From: a bacterium
GTDB taxonomy: Bacteria; Bacillota_I; Bacilli_A; RF39; UBA660
Assembly: GCA_030524925.1 (NCBI GenBank)
Contig: JAUNFS010000001.1
Location: forward strand, 3,963-67,962
Direction of reading: 5' to 3'
Length of the DNA: 64,000 bases
Positions 56,522 through 64,000 of the stretch are shown here, piece after piece (the stretch's first letter is position 1; the number at the start of each line of letters is the position of its first letter). Under the pieces are notes generated by a model that saw only the letters and a program-made list of their open reading frames with translations, made no database searches and was not told the DNA's origin. Position numbers and translations under genes: made by a program.

Positions 56522-57346
56522 TTATTTATTTTCGTAGTCTTCTAGAAAACTTTTATGAATTCCATTAGTGGTTGTTCCTAATACGCAGTTTAAATTGACA
56601 TTATCTAATGCTTTAAAAATATTATAGTCAATATCTTTATTAACTTTTCTTAGGTTTTTAATTAGTTCTTTCATTTCTCTTCGTTTGCTAATTTTTTCTT
56701 GAGCATCTTTGGCAGTAAATGAACAAGCACAGTTTAGAAATACTAGTTCATTATAAGTTTTCCAAGAGATGATATCGCTTTCTTTAATTAAGTATAGAGG
56801 TCTTATTAGTTCTAAGCCTTCATAGTTATCACTTTTTAGTTTTGGCATCATAGTTTTGATTTCTGATCCATAAAACATTGATAAAAGCGTGGTTTCAATA
56901 ACATCATCAAAGTGGTGTCCTAAAGCAATTTTATTGCAACCCAGTTCTTTAGCTTTATTATAAAGATGGCCACGACGCATTCTGGCACAGAAATAACATG
57001 GATTTTTAAAGATACCGCTGTCTATAACTTTGAAGATATCACTTGAAAATATCTCTAAATCTATGTTTAGTTTTTGAGCATTTTCTTTTATTTTATTGAT
57101 ATTTTCTTCACTGTAACCTGGGTTCATACAGACATATTTTGCTTTAAAGGGGATATCTCCATGTTTGTTTAGTTCTTCTACGCATTTTGCTAGTAAAAAA
57201 GAATCTTTTCCACCACTTATGCATACCATGATGTTATCATTTGGTTTTATTAACTCGTATTCTTTAACTGCTTTAACAAATTTGGCCCAAATTTCTTTGC
57301 GATATTTTTTTATTATTGATCTTTCTACTTCTTGATACTTCTCCAT
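56522..57346 (-). CDS. ttcA: PP-loop ATPase, TtcA-like tRNA 2-thiocytidine synthase
   Basis: 274 aa with the SGGKDS PP-loop, CYFCARMRRG and a later CxC. Confidence 0.75.
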   Translation of the reverse strand: MEKYQEVERSIIKKYRKEIWAKFVKAVKEYELIKPNDNIMVCISGGKDSFLLAKCVEELNKHGDIPFKAKYVCMNPGYSEENINKIKENAQKLNIDLEIFSSDIFKVIDSGIFKNPCYFCARMRRGHLYNKAKELGCNKIALGHHFDDVIETTLLSMFYGSEIKTMMPKLKSDNYEGLELIRPLYLIKESDIISWKTYNELVFLNCACSFTAKDAQEKISKRREMKELIKNLRKVNKDIDYNIFKALDNVNLNCVLGTTTNGIHKSFLEDYENK

Positions 57347-57408
57347 AAATTCACCTAACTAAATTTCTATAGATGATAATAACATAAATTAGTATAAAAA
57401 AAAAGAAC

Positions 57409-57945
57409 TTAGTGAGCATAAGTTCCGTGTAATTTAGCAAGTTCATCATCGGTTAATGGGTCAATTGTCCATTTATTATTATTTTTTGTAAGAGTAAAGT
57501 CAATTGTGTAAGTAACTCGGTCACTACTGTTTGTATACTGTTTGATTTTGTATTCTAAACCTTTTTTAACACTGTAAACGCCATCTTCATTAAATTCATT
57601 TGGATTAGCTGCTATATAACTGCTGGCATCATTTTCGGCTTTGTAATAATCATATACTTCTATTTCAGCTTTAACTGTTGCTTTATCGCCATCTATTGTT
57701 TCATCTTTAATTTTGTATTTTAAATCACTATATTGTTTTTCGTAAACTTTGCGATAATCTTCTTTGTAGTCAGCGTCAATACTTAAGGTATTTAAAAAGT
57801 CATCTAGTTCACTTTTAACGTCACTTGCATTCATTTGGTATTTGTTTAGTAAGTTTTCTACTCTACTTTTTGGTGAGCTTCCAAGAGCACAACCAGTTAA
57901 ACCGATTAATAATAACAGTACAATTATTAGTCTCTTTCTTTTCAT
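57409..57945 (-). CDS. lipoprotein
   Basis: 178 aa with the lipobox LIGLTGC after a basic, hydrophobic signal peptide. Confidence 0.6.
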   Translation of the reverse strand: MKRKRLIIVLLLLIGLTGCALGSSPKSRVENLLNKYQMNASDVKSELDDFLNTLSIDADYKEDYRKVYEKQYSDLKYKIKDETIDGDKATVKAEIEVYDYYKAENDASSYIAANPNEFNEDGVYSVKKGLEYKIKQYTNSSDRVTYTIDFTLTKNNNKWTIDPLTDDELAKLHGTYAH

Positions 57946-57993
57946 TTTTTCCTCTTTTCTGCTATTATTATGAGATTATATTTACTTTTTATA

Positions 57994-58019
57994 CAAAAAA
58001 ATCAATCTTTAGTGATTGA
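57994..58019 (-). terminator. rho-independent terminator of the three-gene helical operon
   Basis: 6-bp stem TCAATC / GATTGA (58002-58007, 58014-58019). An A7 run on the plus strand gives a U-run on the minus transcript. Confidence 0.55.
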
Positions 58020-58775
58020 CTATTTATTTGAATCTTTTTCCTTTTGTAATACTTTCGTTGTTGCACTGTTTTTTGCTATGTATTTTTGATGAGATTCATC
58101 TAATAGCATTTTAACGTTATTATTTTTTTCAGCACCCGAAAGAAGTGTTGTAAGCATCACTTTAACATCAAGGGGAATATCATCAAAACTTTGATAGTTA
58201 TCAGGCAACTTTCCATTTGGAAGATAATAGTTAATTATTTCAATAGCTTGTTCAAACTGTTTTGTAAATCCTTGAGGAATTTTTAAATTGTCCTTCACAT
58301 TTTTTTGAGCACGAATGTTAATTGCTTCTAAATAATTAGCTGCTCTAGATGATAATGTATTTACACAATCCATTACACTTTGAAGGTCATCTTTATCAGA
58401 TAGCTCGTTACTTTTTATTTTACTAAGAGTTAATTTCATTAATACATAAACAACTGTGGCTGGTACAACAATTGATGAGCCAAAGATAATAACTGTTACA
58501 AGTGCGAGAATAGCACCAATCAAATTAATTAAATCTAAAATGTTAAAAATTTTTAACTTTTGTGCAGCGATATTGGCAATATATTTTCTGCTATCTTCAA
58601 TTAAAACTGCACATCTAGTAGCTTCGTTATATAAATCGTATGGATCATTTTCATCTTTGTCTTTATCAAGATATAAAGCATTTTGAATTTCATCTAGTAT
58701 TTTAGATGCCTCAGTTAAATTTTTTTGCGCTAGTTCCAAATTGGTTTTTTTAGTATTTTCTTTTTGTTTTGTCAT
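58020..58775 (-). CDS. hypothetical helical protein with central TM hairpin
   Basis: 251 aa with two adjacent hydrophobic helices (IFNILDLINLIGAILALVTVIIFG, SSIVVPATVVYVLMKLTL) between charged helical regions. The ATGA overlaps the upstream stop. Confidence 0.5.
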   Translation of the reverse strand: MTKQKENTKKTNLELAQKNLTEASKILDEIQNALYLDKDKDENDPYDLYNEATRCAVLIEDSRKYIANIAAQKLKIFNILDLINLIGAILALVTVIIFGSSIVVPATVVYVLMKLTLSKIKSNELSDKDDLQSVMDCVNTLSSRAANYLEAINIRAQKNVKDNLKIPQGFTKQFEQAIEIINYYLPNGKLPDNYQSFDDIPLDVKVMLTTLLSGAEKNNNVKMLLDESHQKYIAKNSATTKVLQKEKDSNK

Positions 58776-59404
58776 GTTAAATTTCCCCTAAATTTTTTAT
58801 TTTCTTTTTGATATTTTTGTTTTTTTATTGCAAGTAATTCATTTAATGGCATAGTTTTTTCTGCATCTGATTCTGCTAAAAGAAGCGCTACTATATCTGC
58901 TATATTTTCATTTACTTGAACATCTTGCCCGTTTACAATTTGACTGACTGTATCTACTGCTGTGCGGAAACGGTCATCCTCTTGTTCTTCTAAGTACATA
59001 TTTTCTAGGCCTTTGACTTTTTTGATTCTTTCATAAGTGACATTTAAACGATTTTCTACGATGTTTAATTTTGCAATACCGGTTTTACTAATGCGTTTTA
59101 GCCTGCTTCCGCCTTCTTTTTCTTTTAGAGCTAATTTTTCAGAAGCTTTACCTAGTAGTTTGCTTGTTACGTTACTAAGTTTGGTTAGCTTTTCAAGTTC
59201 TATTTGATAGTACTGCATTACATCAGCAAGTTCACACAAACCATCTAATATATCTAAAAGCTCTCCTCGTAAATCTAATAAGTCTTTAAGTTCTTGATTT
59301 CTTTTTGTATAAAGGCTTTCAGTTATTTGATCTAATTTGTTAGTTACATCATCCAAATAAGCTAGGTATATTATATATACTTGTTCAGTCATTATCTTTG
59401 CCAT
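58772..59404 (-). CDS. hypothetical coiled-coil protein
   Basis: 210 aa, heptad-like and charged. Its C-terminal module resembles that of the 251-aa protein. TAATG overlap with the upstream gene. Confidence 0.5.
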   Translation of the reverse strand: MAKIMTEQVYIIYLAYLDDVTNKLDQITESLYTKRNQELKDLLDLRGELLDILDGLCELADVMQYYQIELEKLTKLSNVTSKLLGKASEKLALKEKEGGSRLKRISKTGIAKLNIVENRLNVTYERIKKVKGLENMYLEEQEDDRFRTAVDTVSQIVNGQDVQVNENIADIVALLLAESDAEKTMPLNELLAIKKQKYQKENKKFRGNLT

Positions 59405-59892
59405 TAAATTGTCTCCTTTAATCTTTTCTTTAAATTAGTTTCTATTAGTGTTCTAAAAATAGCATAGGCTTCTTCAAAGGAAGAACACCCTAGATGGTAA
59501 TCATTTTCAATTAGTTGTAGTAAACCTTGTTTGTACTCGTCTTTAATACTTTCAGAAAAGTCACCATTTAACATTTTAAGGTAAAGTTCAACAATTGGTG
59601 CATTTGCTTGTTTTGAAACTTTAATATTTTTTCTTCTACGTTTTTCTGCATCTATAAGCATTTTTATTCTATTAAAAAATCTTTCTATTTCAAGGGTGTC
59701 GTCACTAACTTTAGGCTTTATAGAAAATCTCTTCTTTTTAATTACAAAGTTCTTTTTTTCTTCGGCAAATATGTCTTTAGCAATAGTAAATCTTAAAATC
59801 AAACCATAAAAATCTTCATCAGATAATAATGGCAAATTATCAATGTTAAATTCTTCTTCTAGTTTTGTAAGTTTTGGATTTTTTTTGGACAT
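59404..59892 (-). CDS. hypothetical helical protein
   Basis: 162 aa, basic and helical. AAGGGAAG RBS. Confidence 0.5.
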   Translation of the reverse strand: MSKKNPKLTKLEEEFNIDNLPLLSDEDFYGLILRFTIAKDIFAEEKKNFVIKKKRFSIKPKVSDDTLEIERFFNRIKMLIDAEKRRRKNIKVSKQANAPIVELYLKMLNGDFSESIKDEYKQGLLQLIENDYHLGCSSFEEAYAIFRTLIETNLKKRLKETI

Positions 59893-59929
59893 ATTATCAC
59901 TTCCCTTTTTAATTGCTTTTAGGTCTTGT

Positions 59930-59957
59930 ATTATACAACAAAACTTTTATATTGTAA
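59930..59957 (-). promoter_or_regulatory. promoter of the three-gene helical operon
   Basis: Minus strand reads TTACAA (59952-59957), 16-nt spacer, TATAAT (59930-59935). Confidence 0.4.
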
Positions 59958-59977
59958 ATAAAAAGACCCTTAGGTCT
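59957..59977 (-). terminator. weak terminator after the ABC exporter pair
   Basis: 5-bp stem AGACC / GGTCT (59964-59968, 59973-59977), loop CTTA, then UUUUAUUU on the minus strand. It overlaps the TAG stop. Confidence 0.35.
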
Positions 59978-61760
59978 AATTGGTTTCACTAAACTGTGAG
60001 TTGTATAGTTCAGCATAAAAGCCATTTTCTTTAAGTAGTTCCTTGTGTGTGCCCTGCTCAATAATATTGCCATCTTTCATTACAAGAATTAAATCAGCGT
60101 TTTTAATTGTTGATAGACGGTGGGCGATTATAAATGATGTTCTTCCTTTGGTAAGTTTATCCATGGCTTTTTGAACTAGTTCTTCAGTTCTGGTGTCTAC
60201 ATTACTGGTTGCTTCATCCAAAATTAAGAATGGTGCGTTTTTAATCATACCCCTAGCAATTGTAAGAAGCTGTCTTTGTCCAGCTGAGATGCTTTCGCTT
60301 TCAGTAATTTCATAATCTAGTCCATTAGGTAAACTTTTGACAAAGTGGTCAGTTCCAACTATTTTTAAAGCGTTCCAGATTTCTTCATCAGATATTCCGT
60401 GGTTGTTATATTTAATGTTGTCTCTAATAGTGCCATTAAATAGCCATGTATCTTGAAGAATCATAATAAATAAGTCATGAATGTTTTCTCTTTTTAAATC
60501 GTTAATGTTAACGCCATCTATCGTAATTTTTCCATCAGTTATTTCGTAGAATTTCATTAATAAGTTAACAATAGTTGTTTTACCAGCACCTGTTGGACCA
60601 ACAATGGCTATTTTTTCACCGGGTTTTACTTTGGCATTAAAGTCTTTAATAATAGTTTTATTTTTGTCATAGCCAAATTTAACGTGCTCAAAAGTGATGT
60701 TACCTTTAACTTCTTTTGGTTCTAATTTTTTAGTTTTATCACTTTCATTAGTCATTTCTTTTTCTTCTAAGAAGTCAAATACTCTTTTTGAAGCAGCCGC
60801 TACGGACTGAAGTCCATTTAAGCTTTGGGCTATTTGTGATAATGGGTTAGAAAATAGTCTTACATACATAAAGAATGCAACAATTACCCCGAATTCTATC
60901 TTGTTATTCATGGTAAGAAGAGCACCGACGATGCAGACTGATACATAACCAAAGTTGCCAATAAAGCCCATGATTGATGGCATTAAGCCGCCAAGAAATT
61001 GACTTTTAAAGTTACAAGTATAAACCTTATCATTTAATTTATTAAATTTTTCTAGAGCATCTTGTTCACCGTTGTAAGCTTTTACTAGAGTTTGTGATGA
61101 ATATATTTCTTCAATGTGGCCGTTTAGTTTACCAAGTTCTTCTTGACGCATAGTAAAATATTTTTGACTCTTTTTTAATATTATTGCCATAAATACTAAC
61201 CCGATAAGTGATGAGAAAATTGATGTTAGGGCCATGATCCAATTGGTTTTAAACATCATAAATAAACAACCAATTAATAGTGTGATAGAGCCAACTAATA
61301 ATCCTAAACTGTTATTTAGGTTTCCACTTACAGTGTCTACATCGTTTGTCACAACTGATAAGATGTCTCCACTTGCATGATTGTCAAAGAATTTAAGTGG
61401 TAGTTTATTTATTTTATTGGATATTTTACTACGAAGTTCTTTGGCAAATTTTAAGCAGGCATCTACCATTAAATATTTTTCAAAGAAGTCAAAGACAGCA
61501 CTTACAACATAAATAATTATTAAAACGGTCATGATGTGAGTTATTTTTTCTAAGTCAATAGTTCCAGTTAGTCCTTTGGTTATAGTGTTAGTAAGTTCTT
61601 CTAGTTTTTTAGGACTAATTATTGCTAGGATGCTACTAATAGTAGAAAAAATCAAAGAAAGAATAATTGTGACTTTGTATTTATTTAATTCTTTTGATAG
61701 TCTATTAATTTCTTTTCCAAAGTCTGTTTTAGTGTCATTAATAACAGGTTTATTATGCAT
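59976..61760 (-). CDS. ABC exporter, fused permease and ATPase (heterodimer partner B)
   Basis: 594 aa with 6 TM helices plus an NBD: Walker A GPTGAGKTT, signature LSAGQRQ, Walker B FLILDEA. Confidence 0.9.
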   Translation of the reverse strand: MHNKPVINDTKTDFGKEINRLSKELNKYKVTIILSLIFSTISSILAIISPKKLEELTNTITKGLTGTIDLEKITHIMTVLIIIYVVSAVFDFFEKYLMVDACLKFAKELRSKISNKINKLPLKFFDNHASGDILSVVTNDVDTVSGNLNNSLGLLVGSITLLIGCLFMMFKTNWIMALTSIFSSLIGLVFMAIILKKSQKYFTMRQEELGKLNGHIEEIYSSQTLVKAYNGEQDALEKFNKLNDKVYTCNFKSQFLGGLMPSIMGFIGNFGYVSVCIVGALLTMNNKIEFGVIVAFFMYVRLFSNPLSQIAQSLNGLQSVAAASKRVFDFLEEKEMTNESDKTKKLEPKEVKGNITFEHVKFGYDKNKTIIKDFNAKVKPGEKIAIVGPTGAGKTTIVNLLMKFYEITDGKITIDGVNINDLKRENIHDLFIMILQDTWLFNGTIRDNIKYNNHGISDEEIWNALKIVGTDHFVKSLPNGLDYEITESESISAGQRQLLTIARGMIKNAPFLILDEATSNVDTRTEELVQKAMDKLTKGRTSFIIAHRLSTIKNADLILVMKDGNIIEQGTHKELLKENGFYAELYNSQFSETN

Positions 61761-63510
61761 TTTCTAATTCCTCCTTTGAAAGCTGTGAGTAAGCAATTTC
61801 TTTATATACTTTACATTTTTTTAGTAGTTCTTTGTGAGTTCCTTTGCCTACACATTTACCATTATCTAGAACAACAATTAAGTCAGCATCTTTAATAGTT
61901 CCTATTCTTTGTGCTACAATCATGGTTGTTATGCCTTGCATTTTTTCTTTAAGACCTTTTCTTAATTTGTAGTCAGTCTTATAGTCTAAGGCACTAAATG
62001 AATCGTCAAAGATTAAGATTTCAGGAGTTTTTGCTAGGGCTCTAGCAATAGATATTCTTTGTTTTTGACCACCGGATACGTTAGTTCCACCTGATGCTAT
62101 ATGAGATTTATAACCTTTTTCCATTTTACTAATAAATTCATCAGCTTCGGCGATTTTAGCTGCATTTAAAATATTTTCTTTAGTGATTTTTTTGCCACTA
62201 TCGCCATAATTGATGTTGTTTTCAATAGTGTCGTTAAAGATAATTGCTTTTTGAGGAACATAGCCGATTTTCTCATGTAGAGTTTTTAGAGAGTAATCTT
62301 TAACGTTAATGCCATCTATTAGAATTTCACCTTTAGTAGCATCATAGAATCTAGGTACTAGATTTATTAAAGTACTTTTCCCTGAACCAGTTGATCCTAT
62401 AAATGCAATAGTTTTTCCTTTATCTATTTTAAATGATACATTTTCTAAGATGTATTCTTCACTATCAGGATATTTAAAGCTGACATTTTTAAACTCTACT
62501 ACGCCTTTAATATCATTATGAGTATCTATTTTTCCATCTTTAATAGATGGTTTTACTTCTAAGACTTCATTAATACGAGTTGCTGATACGCCTGCCCTTG
62601 GATAGAAGATAAAGATGAATGCTAGCATTAAAAATGATGAGATTACTTGCATTGCATAGGCTGAGAATACTACCATATTACTGAAGATTGTAAGTTTATC
62701 AAGCATGTTTGCTGAGTTTATTAAATAAGCGCCAATTATATAAATTGATAATGATACGCCATGCATTACTAAATATATTCCTGGGTTTAGAATTCCCATT
62801 GTTTTTTGGTTAAACATTTGAAGTTTAGTTAAATTAGTGTTACCCCTATTAAATTTTCTTTCACTATAACTTTCGGCATTAAATGCTCTTATTACTCTAA
62901 TACCTTTAAGCTGTTCATTAGTTAGTTCATTAATATCATCTATTAATTTTTGAACTTTTTTAAATTTAGGAAATACTAGTATTAGTAAAATTCCAATAAT
63001 AATTAGAAGTACTACAACACCAATACCAGTTGCTAGACTCCACCATTTGCCTTTATTTAGGATTTTAAGTATTGCCCAAACAGCAGTTATTGGAGCTTTA
63101 ATAATCATTTGTAAGCCGATAGCTAAAAACATTTCTACGTTAGTAATGTCATTAGTTGTTCTAGTAATAAGACTACTTGCTTTAAATTTTTTCATTTCAT
63201 CTAAACTAAAGTCTTCAACCTTTTTAAATAGTTTTTCTCTAGTAATTTTTGAAAATGATGCTGAAATATAAGCTGCAAAATAGCCTACGACTACGGCACC
63301 TAAAAGTGAACCACCAGCACAAAGAAGCATCTTACCACCATTTATTAAGATGTCTTTCATCGCACTGCCCGGAGTTTGTACTAGCATGGTTATTTTAGAC
63401 ATGTAATCGGGAATTTTTAAGTCCAGCCATACTTCTAAGACAACAAATGCTACACATAGTAACATTGCAAAATATTCTTTTGTTTTAAAGTTTTTAAATA
63501 GTTTTAACAA
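61753..63510 (-). CDS. ABC exporter, fused permease and ATPase (heterodimer partner A)
   Basis: 585 aa with Walker A GSTGSGKST, signature VSGGQKQR and Walker B ILIFDDS. TTG start; 8-nt overlap with the downstream partner. Confidence 0.9.
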   Translation of the reverse strand: MLKLFKNFKTKEYFAMLLCVAFVVLEVWLDLKIPDYMSKITMLVQTPGSAMKDILINGGKMLLCAGGSLLGAVVVGYFAAYISASFSKITREKLFKKVEDFSLDEMKKFKASSLITRTTNDITNVEMFLAIGLQMIIKAPITAVWAILKILNKGKWWSLATGIGVVVLLIIIGILLILVFPKFKKVQKLIDDINELTNEQLKGIRVIRAFNAESYSERKFNRGNTNLTKLQMFNQKTMGILNPGIYLVMHGVSLSIYIIGAYLINSANMLDKLTIFSNMVVFSAYAMQVISSFLMLAFIFIFYPRAGVSATRINEVLEVKPSIKDGKIDTHNDIKGVVEFKNVSFKYPDSEEYILENVSFKIDKGKTIAFIGSTGSGKSTLINLVPRFYDATKGEILIDGINVKDYSLKTLHEKIGYVPQKAIIFNDTIENNINYGDSGKKITKENILNAAKIAEADEFISKMEKGYKSHIASGGTNVSGGQKQRISIARALAKTPEILIFDDSFSALDYKTDYKLRKGLKEKMQGITTMIVAQRIGTIKDADLIVVLDNGKCVGKGTHKELLKKCKVYKEIAYSQLSKEELENA

Positions 63511-63589
63511 TTTATCACGTCCTTTTTTTATTTTTTTGTTAACTATATTTTAACATATTAGTATATGTGAAGGGTGAAAAAAAGATGTT

Positions 63590-63892
63590 TTATTTGCAAA
63601 AAACAACTTCCTTATTTTCATATTTTAAACAAGTATTTTCATCTAATGGTTCTTTAGTTATTGGATCTACTTGAATATCTATTAACTCTTTATTATAAAG
63701 ATCTTTTAAGGTTATTTCGTCCTTACATTCTTCTTTTAAATAACACTCTTTAGCTACTTCTTTAATTTTATTATAAAGTGCTGTGTAGGCTTTTTCGTGG
63801 TGATTTTTGATGTTTTTGTTAATTCCTAGGATTATAAATATTCCAAAAATACCTAGTAATATATAAATTAAATAATTATTTTTTTTCACCAT
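63590..63892 (-). CDS. small membrane-anchored hypothetical protein
   Basis: 100 aa with an N-terminal TM (YLIYILLGIFGIFIILGI) and four Cys in the soluble part. Confidence 0.4.
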   Translation of the reverse strand: MVKKNNYLIYILLGIFGIFIILGINKNIKNHHEKAYTALYNKIKEVAKECYLKEECKDEITLKDLYNKELIDIQVDPITKEPLDENTCLKYENKEVVFCK

Positions 63893-64000
63893 AATAATTC
63901 TTTATAAACTCCTCTTTATATTCTAATATATTATCATTTTTAATAGCTTCTCTTAATTCTTTTGTTAAGTTGATTAAATAATGAATGTTATGAATTGATA
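63876..64000 (-). CDS. 3' end of an unidentified gene (N-terminus beyond the right window edge)
   Basis: Hand translation of the minus strand is open from the window edge: ...SIHNIHYLINLTKELREAIKNDNILEYKEEFIKNYYGEKK, stop TAA at 63876-63878. It overlaps the next ATG by 17 nt. Confidence 0.3.
   Translation of the reverse strand, partial: SIHNIHYLINLTKELREAIKNDNILEYKEEFIKNYYGEKK

Overview
Very AT-rich, standard-code (TGA is a stop, Trp is TGG) chromosomal segment of a low-GC Bacillota organism. Local gene order is Bacillus-like with sporulation-legacy genes, possibly Erysipelotrichia or a relative; taxonomy is inference only. Almost all genes are on the minus strand. Core content: trxA (partial), cvpA, rnhC, holA, lepB; a CIRCE-controlled heat-shock operon hrcA-grpE-dnaK-pepF-dnaJ; frr, a spoVID/ysxE-like pair, lon, rpmG-efp, PBP2, nfo, ylbD/ylbE-like genes, parC. 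Next comes a compacted radC-mreC-mreD-spoIVFA-spoIVFB-rplU-prp-rpmA block. Three T-box-controlled aaRS units follow (proS, HD-valS, thrS), then tsf-rpsB, two trans-editing deacylases, dacA, ttcA and an ABC exporter pair. An accessory stretch lies between rpsB and thrS (about 39.0-48.3 kb). It holds a methyltransferase-nuclease-HD operon, an HdeD-like protein, a beta-helix surface protein and the most unusual item. That item is a tightly translationally coupled, extra AT-rich four-gene operon at 44.3-48.3 kb: DUF402 nucleotide hydrolase-like, truncated LysRS-like class II aaRS paralog, SplB-like radical SAM enzyme, and a methyltransferase fusion. It ends in a decayed dCMP-deaminase fragment. 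A second uncharacterised unit is a self-contained three-gene operon of paralogous helical proteins at 58.0-59.9 kb. I found no rRNA, tRNA, CRISPR array, transposase or integrase. All family calls are by motif recognition and hand translation; no database search or numerical computation was possible.
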